DNA of 64,000 nucleotides from an uncultured Candidatus Saccharibacteria bacterium (GTDB taxonomy: Bacteria; Patescibacteriota; Minisyncoccia; Phycocordibacterales; UBA9973), in assembly GCA_964362545.1 (NCBI GenBank), contig CAYIEM010000001.1:17424-81423 (forward strand). Reading direction: 5' to 3'. Shown in pieces: positions 1 to 8,953 of the stretch. Within the stretch, counting starts at the first letter, position 1. Each line of letters begins with the position of its first letter. Under the pieces are notes generated by a model, which did not search any database, was not told the DNA's origin, and was given only the letters and a program-made list of their open reading frames with translations. Position numbers and translations under genes: made by a program.

Positions 1-528
1 AATGGGACTCAAAGAATACAGGAAGAATTTGCGAAAAAGCTGAGTGATGGTGCCAAACAAATTGGAAAGACCCATTAAAATGGGAGAAAGAAGCATGATT
101 CTAGAAAACAAAATCACTTTGGCCTGCATTACAATATCGAAACCAGGGGTAACGACAGATATCAGATAAGGCATGAAGAGATAAGCGATAGTGGAAATTA
201 ATATCATAGTAATAAAAAAAACAGTAAAGACGTTGTTTAAAAGTTTCCGCGCTTCTTCGGTAACCTGCTCTCTGTTCATCTTTTTCACGATAAAAGGAAT
301 AAGCACCGTGATGGAAGCCAGAGAAGCGATAGAAATAAAAATAAAATCTGGCACCCGGAAAGCGGCGTAATAGGCATCGAGCGAGGATGACGGCCCTATG
401 AAATGTGCGATAAATCTGTCTCGAAAAAGCGCCAAAATCTGGGAAAGAAAAGTGAAAGAACCGAGGAGAAGCGCAGCCTGGTTTATATTCACATATTCCT
501 TACTGAAGATTCTAAAGATTTTCTGCAT
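1..528 (-). CDS. murJ: Lipid II flippase MurJ/MviN, N-terminal part (gene runs off window start)
   Basis: Hand translation of the minus strand from ATG at 526-528 gives MQKIFRIFSKEYVNINQAALLLGSFTFLSQILALFRDRFIAHFIGPSSSLDAYYAAFRVPDFIF..., which matches the conserved MurJ N-terminus (RDxxIAxxFG ... DAYxxAFRIPN). No stop before position 1. Start lies 2 nt downstream of the leuS stop. Confidence 0.7.
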   Translation of the reverse strand, partial: MQKIFRIFSKEYVNINQAALLLGSFTFLSQILALFRDRFIAHFIGPSSSLDAYYAAFRVPDFIFISIASLASITVLIPFIVKKMNREQVTEEARKLLNNVFTVFFITMILISTIAYLFMPYLISVVTPGFDIVMQAKVILFSRIMLLSPILMGLSNLFGTITQLFRKFFLYSLSPI

Positions 529-530
529 TT

Positions 531-3524
531 TTACTCAGATAATATATTGATAAGTCGGTTTTTCACGTAAATCACCTTTTTTATATTTTTGCCGATGTAT
601 TTTAAGACATTCTTGTCGGTCATGGCCTTGGCCTTCACATCATCCTCTCCATCACTATCTTCTATCATAACCTCAGCTCGCCATTTGCCATTTATTTGGA
701 CTACGATTTTGATTTCGTCATCTCTTATCAAACTCTCGTCCCACTTCGGCCACTTTGAAAAATGAACGCTTTTCTTCTCTCCTAAGTCGAACCATAAATA
801 TTCAGCCACATGCGGAGCAAACGGAGTTAATATCTGTAAAAATTTCTTGTAATCTTTCGCGTCTATGTTTTCTGCTTTTTCCATTTCCGTGGCAAGTATC
901 ATCATTGCGGAGATAGCTGTATTGAAACGCATGTTTTCTATGTCCTCTGAAACTTTCTTGATGGTTTTGTGTAGAAGTTTTGGAAGAAGAACAGGCAAAG
1001 GATTTTTAAGAGTCGTGGGTCCCCTGTCCTCATGACTCCGAGGGCGAAGACTCGGAAAATCCTTTGCCTGTTCTTCTTTTACTTTGTGCCTAATCCTCCA
1101 AACCTTTTCCACAAACCTTCTTGAGCCAATGATGCTCTCCGTGCTCCATGCTACCGATTCATCAAAGGGCCCCATAAACATTTCATAAATACGTAAAGTG
1201 TCCGCGCCATAAATCCTGACAATATCGTCCGGATTTATCACGTTGCCCAGAGACTTCGACATCTTTACCCCACCTTCTCCTAAGATCATTCCATGAGAAG
1301 TCCTCTTTTGGTATGGCTCTTTCGTCGGCACCAGCTTCAAATCATATAAAAATTTATGCCAGAAACGTGAATATAAAAGGTGTAGCGTCGTATGCTCCAT
1401 ACCTCCGTTGTACCAATCGACTCCACCTGTGCCACCTTCGCTGTGCTTCGGCGAGCCAAGCCAATATTTCAAATTTTTCTTGCTTGCAAACTCTCTGTTG
1501 TTTCTTGGATCCGTGTACCGTAAGTAGTACCAAGAACTTCCCGCCCAGTTGGGCATTGTATCCGTCTCTCTTTTAGCAGGGCCTTTGCACTTCGGACATT
1601 TGATGTTGACCCATTTCGTAATCGCAGCGAGCGGAGATTCTCCATTGTCTGTAGGTTTATAATTTTTCACTTCCGGCAGTTTTACCGGCAGATCTTTTTC
1701 CGGCACCGGTATCCAACCAGCATTCAACTTGGTAGTCGGAGTACCAAATTTGGTACTCCGACTACCAAGTGAGTCTTTCTTCGCGCAATTCTCGCAAAAA
1801 ATTAAAGGTATCGGCTCACCCCAGTATCTTTGCCTTGAAAAAACCCAGTCGCGGAGCTTGAATTTCGTGACAACTTTCCCACCGACAAACTCGGTGATTT
1901 TTTTCTTAGCTTCTGCAGAATATAGACCGTCAAACCTACCAGAATTTGCTAAAATTCCTTCGCCAGCGTAAATACTTCTCTTCCCCTGGAACGTCTCCCA
2001 GTCGCGAAGAGCAGCTTCGTTCAAAATCTTAGATATCTCTTCGGGAGTAAGCCACCTTGGTTCGTGCTTCTCTTTCTCTTCTTCGGATAGTTCCACACGT
2101 TCTCCGTTCTTCAGCTCAAAATATAGATGAGTAAAATGGACAAAACGATTTTCTTTTTTCAGAATATGATAAAACTTCTCGTGAGAACGACATAGTTCCT
2201 TCACAAGTACTGGGTTTAAATATCCGGTTTCCTCCTTTATTTCCCTGATCGCGGATTGTATGGGATCTTCCCCCGCTTCAATTCCGCCGGTTACAAATGT
2301 AATCCAATTTCCCTTCTTCCAAAACAAGATCAGGTATTTCGCCTCCGACCAATGCTTAACGATTGCATGTATGGCATTTCTCTCGACAAAAGGCAATCCT
2401 TCTTTTGGCCTATCGGTCTCACTAATATAGAACGGCTCAATAACTTCCTTTATCGTCAAATCGTATTTCCTCGCAAACTCATTATCTCTCCCATCATGCG
2501 CGGGAACAGCCATTAATGCACCCGTGCCATAATCTGCCAAAACATAATCGGAAACCCAAACAGATATCTCCTCATTGTTTGCCGGATTGATTGCTTTAAT
2601 TCCTTTCAGCTCCACTCCTGTTTTCTCTTTTTTGTCATCTGTCCTGTCAATCTCTGTTTTTCCCTTCGATTTTTTTACATATTCCGAAACTTCGTTCCAG
2701 TTGGTAATTTGTGATTTTAAATTTCCAACCATAGAATGTTCCGGCGCTAGTACCAAATACGTCGCTCCGAAAAGCGTATCTGCTCGGGTAGTAAAAACTT
2801 TGATTCGCAACTCTTGATCTTTAATTGCAAACTCGATTTCACTCCCTTCAGACTTCCCTATCCAATTCCTCTGCTGAATTTTTATTTTTTCCAAATAATT
2901 AACATCATCCAAGTCCTTATGAAGCCTGTCCGCGTATTTAGTGATCGCCAGCATCCATTGCTCTTTTTCACGCTTTTCCGTATCGCCACCACAACGTTCA
3001 CACTTGCCGTTCACAACTTCTTCGTTTGCGAGCCCTATCTTACAAGAAAGGCACCAATTTATATAAGACCTGGCCTTGTACGCCAATCTTTTTTTAAAAA
3101 ATTGCAAAAAAATCCATTGAGTCCATTTGTAATACTTTGGATCGGTAGTATTTATCTCTCGCGACCAATCAAAAGAAAAACCAAGCGCTTTAAGCTGTCT
3201 TCTGAACGTATCAGTGTTTTTTTTAGTAACGACACTGGGTTTCTTGCCGGTTTTTATAGCATAGTTCTCAGTAGGAAGACCGAAGGCATCCCAGCCGATC
3301 GGATACAATACATTATAACCCTCCATTCGGCGCTTGCGAGAAATGATATCCATGGCAGTGTTGCTCCTGATATGTCCAACATGCATTCCATCGCCAGAAG
3401 GGTACGGAAATTCAATTAGAGAATAAAATTCCTTGCCTTTGCCATTCTTCGCTTGATAAATTTTTTTCTTTTCCCATTCTTTTTGAATATTTTTTTCGAT
3501 TCTAGCGTGATTATATTCTTTCAT
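531..3524 (-). CDS. leuS: Leucyl-tRNA synthetase with an inserted Nudix hydrolase domain
   Basis: 997 aa. HIGH-type motif HVGH, KMSKS, CP1 editing hallmark TTRADTLFGATY and GTGALMAVPAHDGRD, C-terminal anticodon-binding region. Residues ~375-510 form a Nudix fold with the box GGIEAGEDPIQSAIREIKEETGY, inserted between the KYDLTIKEVI and GEGILANSGRFDGL segments. Confidence 0.9.
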   Translation of the reverse strand: MKEYNHARIEKNIQKEWEKKKIYQAKNGKGKEFYSLIEFPYPSGDGMHVGHIRSNTAMDIISRKRRMEGYNVLYPIGWDAFGLPTENYAIKTGKKPSVVTKKNTDTFRRQLKALGFSFDWSREINTTDPKYYKWTQWIFLQFFKKRLAYKARSYINWCLSCKIGLANEEVVNGKCERCGGDTEKREKEQWMLAITKYADRLHKDLDDVNYLEKIKIQQRNWIGKSEGSEIEFAIKDQELRIKVFTTRADTLFGATYLVLAPEHSMVGNLKSQITNWNEVSEYVKKSKGKTEIDRTDDKKEKTGVELKGIKAINPANNEEISVWVSDYVLADYGTGALMAVPAHDGRDNEFARKYDLTIKEVIEPFYISETDRPKEGLPFVERNAIHAIVKHWSEAKYLILFWKKGNWITFVTGGIEAGEDPIQSAIREIKEETGYLNPVLVKELCRSHEKFYHILKKENRFVHFTHLYFELKNGERVELSEEEKEKHEPRWLTPEEISKILNEAALRDWETFQGKRSIYAGEGILANSGRFDGLYSAEAKKKITEFVGGKVVTKFKLRDWVFSRQRYWGEPIPLIFCENCAKKDSLGSRSTKFGTPTTKLNAGWIPVPEKDLPVKLPEVKNYKPTDNGESPLAAITKWVNIKCPKCKGPAKRETDTMPNWAGSSWYYLRYTDPRNNREFASKKNLKYWLGSPKHSEGGTGGVDWYNGGMEHTTLHLLYSRFWHKFLYDLKLVPTKEPYQKRTSHGMILGEGGVKMSKSLGNVINPDDIVRIYGADTLRIYEMFMGPFDESVAWSTESIIGSRRFVEKVWRIRHKVKEEQAKDFPSLRPRSHEDRGPTTLKNPLPVLLPKLLHKTIKKVSEDIENMRFNTAISAMMILATEMEKAENIDAKDYKKFLQILTPFAPHVAEYLWFDLGEKKSVHFSKWPKWDESLIRDDEIKIVVQINGKWRAEVMIEDSDGEDDVKAKAMTDKNVLKYIGKNIKKVIYVKNRLINILSE

Positions 3525-3596
3525 TTTTTTACTTGCCCGTCCGAAGCTTAAGCGAAGGCGGGTGGTCGTAATTTTTCATAAATTAACCTCTTGTTT

Positions 3597-4646
3597 TCAC
3601 ATTGTTGGTTTCGAAAATGGCGGATATAGGTCTTTATCTATTATTCTCTCAAAGCAAGTCCTGCCTGTCTCGTGTTCCCAGGATTCGTTTATCCCGCCAC
3701 CTGGATAAGGATAAGAAGTCGCGATATCCCTTCCGCCGTAATCCATCATTGGTACAACTCCGCCGCCTTTATATTCTATCCATCCTTTCGGTATCGGTAG
3801 AGCAAAAGTCGCGCAAAGCTCAAACTTTAATTTGTCCTTTACCGCATATTCGTAAGTTTTTCCTTTTTCAAATTCTGGATCAATCGGCAGAGAGTATCCT
3901 GTAAGCGGGTTAGCCAAGTCGGACAATTTTTCCGGAAGTTTTTCCTTTAATTGCCAATAATTTATCACTTGATATTGAATGCCCTGCAGATCTCCCACTC
4001 TCCTGTCGTCAAACCTTAGCAACCTTTGCTTCGCAGGACTTCCCATGACTAGAAAACTACAGGAAATAGCCACGACTACGAATGCAATCCCCAATACACC
4101 TAAGATTAGACTGGCTTTAGACGAAACATCTTTCCCTTTAAGCACAAATATATGATAAATACCAATCAAAGCTACAACCGCAAGCACAACTATTACTTTC
4201 AAAATGAATCGCGTGGTCACCTCGCCGGAAACAAAGTACTTTATCAAGGCGACCAAGTCTACCATGGTCACGATGGCAGACAGAAATAATATGATATATA
4301 CTATCCATTTTTTTATAACTTCATCTACGGAACCCATCATTCCTCTGGCAAACTTCCTCCAGAAACGAGAAACAATCAAATAGACAGGGAAAAATATAAT
4401 GAGTGTGGCTAGAGCCATGCGGATACTCTCGTATTCATAGGTGGAGTACCCATACTGATAACTCGCATTTAAAACGTCCGGGAACTTCTTATTTAAGGTC
4501 TCGAAAACTAAGTTAAGGAAAGAAGTGACAGAAGTTATTAATGTTATTAATAATCCTAGAGACAAGAAAAAGAAACCTGCACTCATTCCTCGCCTACCGG
4601 TAGGTAGGTTAGGCTTATCCACTTGCAAATTTTGTTGTGTTTCCAT
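3597..4646 (-). CDS. Hypothetical multi-pass membrane protein with Gly/Pro-rich C-terminal soluble domain
   Basis: 349 aa ORF with at least 5 hydrophobic helices in the N-terminal 200 aa. C-terminal domain (...GGGVVPMMDYGGRDIATSYPYPGGGINESWEHETGRTCF) has no recognised family. Confidence 0.45.
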   Translation of the reverse strand: METQQNLQVDKPNLPTGRRGMSAGFFFLSLGLLITLITSVTSFLNLVFETLNKKFPDVLNASYQYGYSTYEYESIRMALATLIIFFPVYLIVSRFWRKFARGMMGSVDEVIKKWIVYIILFLSAIVTMVDLVALIKYFVSGEVTTRFILKVIVVLAVVALIGIYHIFVLKGKDVSSKASLILGVLGIAFVVVAISCSFLVMGSPAKQRLLRFDDRRVGDLQGIQYQVINYWQLKEKLPEKLSDLANPLTGYSLPIDPEFEKGKTYEYAVKDKLKFELCATFALPIPKGWIEYKGGGVVPMMDYGGRDIATSYPYPGGGINESWEHETGRTCFERIIDKDLYPPFSKPTM

Positions 4647-4683
4647 ATTTTATAGTATATCATATCTCCGTAATATAATTAAT

Positions 4684-5034
4684 ATGAGAAAAAAGTTTGA
4701 GAACTTTTCAAAGAAACTAACTCACTGGATTGGCTCGCCCCAATCTATTATTTTACATACTATTTTTTTTGTGGGAATATTTTTTTTGAGATTTTTTAAT
4801 TTCTCTTCTTCCGATGTTCTTCTGATTTTAACCACAATAGTTTCGCTCGAAGCTATATATCTTTCTATTTTTATACAAATGACTGTAAACAGGCATACAG
4901 AGGAGCTCGAAGAGGTATCCGAAGATGTGGAGGAAATACAAAAAGATGTCGACGAGATTCAGGAAGACGTCGAGGACATAGTAGAAGACATGGAAGAAGA
5001 AGACAGGACGAGGGTCATAGAGGATGCCAGATAG
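4684..5034 (+). CDS. Small 2-TM membrane protein with acidic coiled-coil tail (DUF1003-like)
   Basis: ATG at 4684 (MRKKFENF...) avoids the overlap with the upstream convergent gene. Two hydrophobic helices, then EELEEVSEDVEEIQKDVDEIQEDVEDIVEDMEE. The segment LSIFIQMTVNRHTEE resembles the DUF1003 core. Paralog at 39478-39924. Confidence 0.45.
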   Translation: MRKKFENFSKKLTHWIGSPQSIILHTIFFVGIFFLRFFNFSSSDVLLILTTIVSLEAIYLSIFIQMTVNRHTEELEEVSEDVEEIQKDVDEIQEDVEDIVEDMEEEDRTRVIEDAR

Positions 5035-5944
5035 CAGTGCTCGCTAGCGATATAAAACGATCTTTCGATTTTTCTTTCAGACAAAGTTCTCCTTGTTTTG
5101 TTTCTCCCCCAAAGTCTTTCATCGTCTCCTCTAACGCATATCCTAGGGAGAGTGGAGAAAAATCTACAGCATAAGAAGTCAAAATAACAAAAAGGGGCTT
5201 ATCGCTTAAAACCCTTCGCATACTCGCGAGAAGTTTCGATAAATCTTTTTCTATTTCCCAAGTTTCCCCTTTTGGTCCGCGACCGAATTTAGGCGGATCC
5301 ATGATAACAGCGTCGTATCTGTTTCCCCTTTTCACCTCCCTCTCTAAAAATTTCACAGTGTCATCTAAAATAATCCGAAGTGGCATTTTATCTAATCCAG
5401 TATCTGTATTGAGTTTCTGATTTTGTTTTACCCATTCGAGTGTTTGTTTTGATGCATCCACGTGCGTTACTTCGGCGCCTGCTTTAAGCGCAAACAAACT
5501 AGCCACACCAGTATATCCGAATAAATTTAAAAACTTAATTTTTCTTTTTTGCGGAAGTCCGACTTCCACAAATTTTAACTTCTCTTCAATAAAATCCCAA
5601 TGGCTGGCCTGTTCCGGAAAGAAGCCCAAATGACGAAAAGGTGTGGGAGAAGCTAAAAATTTGATACCCTTATATGACATTCCCCATTTTGAACCAATGT
5701 CAAAGGCTACCTTTGACATTTTCCAACCGGACTTAGCGCCTTCTTTTGAGCTCCAAAATTTGCCATTAGCTTTAGCCCAAGTTTTTTGCACTTCCGGCGT
5801 CAGTGCCTTCGGCCAAACAGCATCTTCGTAAGGCCGCACGAAAATAAAAGGACCGAACCTCTCCAGCTTCTCTCCATCGCCCGTATCTAAAAGTTCATAA
5901 TCTTTCCAATCTTCCGAACAAAAAATTTCTATTTTATTTTTCAT
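5015..5944 (-). CDS. Class I SAM-dependent (rRNA) methyltransferase, RlmI-like (PF10672-type)
   Basis: 309 aa. Rossmann motif FLNLFGYTGVASLFALKAGAEVTHVDAS. N-terminal YELLDTGDGEKLERFG resembles the RlmI-family core. Confidence 0.6.
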   Translation of the reverse strand: MKNKIEIFCSEDWKDYELLDTGDGEKLERFGPFIFVRPYEDAVWPKALTPEVQKTWAKANGKFWSSKEGAKSGWKMSKVAFDIGSKWGMSYKGIKFLASPTPFRHLGFFPEQASHWDFIEEKLKFVEVGLPQKRKIKFLNLFGYTGVASLFALKAGAEVTHVDASKQTLEWVKQNQKLNTDTGLDKMPLRIILDDTVKFLEREVKRGNRYDAVIMDPPKFGRGPKGETWEIEKDLSKLLASMRRVLSDKPLFVILTSYAVDFSPLSLGYALEETMKDFGGETKQGELCLKEKSKDRFISLASTAIWHPL

Positions 5945-5954
5945 ATTTTTAATA

Positions 5955-6944
5955 CTATATCAAAAATTCTACGACATCTCCGTCTTTCACGATGTATTCT
6001 TTTCCCTCTGTTCGCACTTTTCCTTTTGCTCTGGCGTTTGCGTATGACCCGGCATCCAGCAACTCCTGCCAATTTATGACCTCCGCACGAATAAATTTCT
6101 CTTTGAAATCTGTATGTATCGCCATACCGGCTACGGGCGCTGTAGAGCCTATTTTTATAGTCCAGGCTCTAGTTTCATCCTCGCCAGTTGTAAAAAAGGT
6201 CTCAAGGCCAAGTAGAGCATAACTTTGTTTTATCAACTCATCAAATCCTTTTTCGAAAACTGGATCTATTTTTACTGAAAGACCAGGCAACTCTACTTCC
6301 GCGTTTTCACTCGCCTCTGAAATATTCAAGACATAAAGCATGGGTTTTAAGGTAAGTAAGTTCAAAGATTTTATTTTTAATTTTTCTTCTTCATGCAAGT
6401 TCGCTTCAGCAGCCATTTTCCCATCGCTTAAAACTTTCTCTATTTTTTTTAAAATACCTTCTTCGAAAATCGCTTCCTTGTCTCCTTTCTTTAAATCTTT
6501 CCCTAAGTTTATAATTCTTTTTGAAACTATTTCCAAATCGGCCAAGGCAAGCTCCAGATTTATTACTCCGATATCCTGCATCGGATCTACCTTATTCGCT
6601 ACATGGATCACAGAATTATCTTTAAAGACTCTTACAACATGAGCTATCGCATCTACTCCGCGGATGTTGGTAAGAAATTTATTGCCCAAACCCTCTCCCT
6701 TTGATGCTCCAGCTACAAGCCCGGCAATGTCTACGAACTCTATGACCGCGGGGATGGTTTTTGCTGATTTTGAAAAATCGGAAAGTTTTTCCACTCTCTC
6801 GTCTGGCACAGGTACAATACCAACCGACGGGTCAATGGTGCAAAAAGGATAATTTTCCGCCGGCACGCTTTTCTTTGTGAGTGCATTAAAGAGAGTGGAC
6901 TTACCTACATTTGGCAGACCGACGATGCCGATAGATAATGACAT
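5955..6944 (-). CDS. ychF: Ribosome-binding ATPase YchF (Obg-like ATPase)
   Basis: GIVGLPNVGKSTLFNALT P-loop, coiled-coil insert, C-terminal TGS domain (VRTEGKEYIVKDGDVVEFL). Confidence 0.85.
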   Translation of the reverse strand: MSLSIGIVGLPNVGKSTLFNALTKKSVPAENYPFCTIDPSVGIVPVPDERVEKLSDFSKSAKTIPAVIEFVDIAGLVAGASKGEGLGNKFLTNIRGVDAIAHVVRVFKDNSVIHVANKVDPMQDIGVINLELALADLEIVSKRIINLGKDLKKGDKEAIFEEGILKKIEKVLSDGKMAAEANLHEEEKLKIKSLNLLTLKPMLYVLNISEASENAEVELPGLSVKIDPVFEKGFDELIKQSYALLGLETFFTTGEDETRAWTIKIGSTAPVAGMAIHTDFKEKFIRAEVINWQELLDAGSYANARAKGKVRTEGKEYIVKDGDVVEFLI

Positions 6945-6980
6945 ACTTAAAATATAACAGACTTATGGTAAACTAATCAA

Positions 6981-7841
6981 ATGCTTTCGCTTTATGTCGC
7001 CGCTTGGATTGCTTCCATTTCTTCTGGGTTTGAAGCAATTGTTGGTAAAATAATCAGCAAACATAGCGTCTCAAACCCGTGGCTTTTTAATTTCTTCTGG
7101 AGTTTTTTTGTTCTAATTGGAATTACTATATCGGGTTTTTGGTTCGGACTTGGTATTCCAGAAAAATGGACTTACATAATTTTTGGGTCTTTGATGTATG
7201 CTCTCGTCAAAATCTCTTTCACCTTAGCACTTTACAAAATTGATGTTTCAGTAATGGGTCCAATGTTTGCGCTACGTACTGTCATGGCTGTGTTAATCGG
7301 ATCTATTTTCCTCGGTGAAATACTTACGCCATACCAATACTTACTTATAGGAATAGTTTTTCTAGCTGGGATATTTGTCAGTCTAGATGAAAGATTGAAC
7401 TTGAAATCGTTTTTCAATAAGTGGATAGGTGTATTGCTTATTTGTATGCTTTGTCTTGTATTTTTGGCTATGTTTATTAAAAAATCTTCAACCGTAAACG
7501 ATTTTTGGGATACTATTGTTTGGGTCGCTCTCCTGGGTCAGATTTGGCTTCTTTTTACTGTGAAATTTTTCAAAAAAGATTTAATCCTGACCACTCCACA
7601 ACAATACGGCTATATCGGAGTCATGGCTCTCATAGGAACAATTACTAGTATTTTCGCTAACTTTGCATACTCTAAAAATATCAGCTTATCGGCAGTAATA
7701 ATCTCTCTCCCCATTTCTATGGTTTTAGCCTTCCTTCTTTCCAGATTTGTGCCAGAGCTCCTCGAAAAACATACCCTCAGAATTTATGCGATCAGGTTTG
7801 TAGCGGCTGCTGTGATGATAACAGTAGCGTTGAATTTATAG
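6981..7841 (+). CDS. DMT/EamA-like membrane transporter
   Basis: 286 aa, about 10 predicted TM helices, two-repeat architecture typical of EamA/DMT family. Confidence 0.5.
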   Translation: MLSLYVAAWIASISSGFEAIVGKIISKHSVSNPWLFNFFWSFFVLIGITISGFWFGLGIPEKWTYIIFGSLMYALVKISFTLALYKIDVSVMGPMFALRTVMAVLIGSIFLGEILTPYQYLLIGIVFLAGIFVSLDERLNLKSFFNKWIGVLLICMLCLVFLAMFIKKSSTVNDFWDTIVWVALLGQIWLLFTVKFFKKDLILTTPQQYGYIGVMALIGTITSIFANFAYSKNISLSAVIISLPISMVLAFLLSRFVPELLEKHTLRIYAIRFVAAAVMITVALNL

Positions 7842-7856
7842 CTCAAGAATATGAAT

Positions 7857-8072
7857 CTACACTAGTTTTTTCAACTCTTCTTCGTATTTTTTCATCACTT
7901 CCATTCCGGCCGTATCTTGATCCATTCCACTTTTTACTTTTGCTTGTATTTCTTCTGCGATAGTTTTGAAAAGCTCCGGATTTTTCTCCATCATCTTTAT
8001 AAACATATCAATCTGCGCTTCCGGCACACTCTGTTTGGCAAGCATCTTTTTTAATAAATAATTTTTAAACAT
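7857..8072 (-). CDS. Hypothetical small K/E-rich helical protein
   Basis: The ORF track ORF 7857-8201 overlaps the upstream gene. Internal ATG at 8070-8072 (MFKNYLLKK...) gives a non-overlapping 71-aa product. No homology recognised. Confidence 0.3.
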   Translation of the reverse strand: MFKNYLLKKMLAKQSVPEAQIDMFIKMMEKNPELFKTIAEEIQAKVKSGMDQDTAGMEVMKKYEEELKKLV

Positions 8073-8094
8073 AAAACCAGTATAGCATAAATTT

Positions 8095-8937
8095 TTATTC
8101 CAATATCTCAAAATCACTTCCTGGACTTTCTCCTCGGGGTTGTTGCCTGTTGCGGTAACGAATGTAGTATGCTGCGCCTGCACCGATTCCAGTGAGAACA
8201 ATTAGTCCGACAACGCTAGACCATAGATTATTCGCTGTATCCAAATCGTTCTCGATAACCTCTGCTAATAAATTTTCAGCCGGTATCTCCATTTCTTTTT
8301 TTGGCAATTCTTCTATTGGTAAAACTTGCTTTTCTTTTTTGATAGAAACTTGAACATCTTTCTTTGGAGCATCCACAGTTTTGGGTATTTTTATTGAAGC
8401 AGGGCTCGGAGTTGGAGTTTTAATCGGTTCGATAATTTTATTCTCCATCCCTGGAGTAGGCGAAGCGGCAACCCAAAAATTTACTTTTCTTTGTAGAGAT
8501 TTACCATCTCCTTTAGCCCCCAAGGAAGAATTGTAAACATATTGATCAATAATATTTAAATCTTTGTCTTTGAGCGCCAAAGTTTCCCCACTATTGCCTA
8601 ACGAGAAAGTCGAATCGAAGATAGTTCCAGAAAAACTAGGCCAATCTGCCCTAAATTTAACCGGATTAGAAGCAATCACCGCATAGCTCTGCGCCTCGAT
8701 ATTTTGATTTCCCTGAAACAAAATGAGTTTGTGATTCGTGTCCGCTTCAAAAAATCTATAAGATGCTAAGTCCACTGACACATTCCCATTATTGAATATT
8801 TCGATCCACTCTCTACCATCGTCGGTACCTGTCTTTAGATCATACATTACTTCGTTTATCAAGAGTTCGGCCTGCGCTAGATTGAAAGAAAAAAATGCAA
8901 TAAGTCCTAAATGAAATAAAATTGTTTTCCTAAACAT
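8095..8937 (-). CDS. Membrane-anchored lamin-tail-domain (LTD) protein
   Basis: Signal peptide (MFRKTILFHLGLIAFFSFNLAQA), LTD signature LLINEVMYD...GREWIEIFNNGNVSVDLASY...GETLAL, Pro/Thr linker, C-terminal TM helix plus basic tail. Confidence 0.6.
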   Translation of the reverse strand: MFRKTILFHLGLIAFFSFNLAQAELLINEVMYDLKTGTDDGREWIEIFNNGNVSVDLASYRFFEADTNHKLILFQGNQNIEAQSYAVIASNPVKFRADWPSFSGTIFDSTFSLGNSGETLALKDKDLNIIDQYVYNSSLGAKGDGKSLQRKVNFWVAASPTPGMENKIIEPIKTPTPSPASIKIPKTVDAPKKDVQVSIKKEKQVLPIEELPKKEMEIPAENLLAEVIENDLDTANNLWSSVVGLIVLTGIGAGAAYYIRYRNRQQPRGESPGSDFEILE

Positions 8938-8953
8938 ATGCTATAATAATAAC

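Noticed and set aside
1313-3419. Plus-strand ORFs (1313-1576, 1729-1971, 2256-2516, 2575-2817, 2814-3419) inside leuS
   Set aside because: Antisense to a strongly supported aaRS gene. Low-complexity translations and no motifs.
3525-3596. T-box leader upstream of leuS
   Set aside because: The spacer is only 72 nt, far too short for a T-box (over 200 nt), and has no specifier/T-box sequence.
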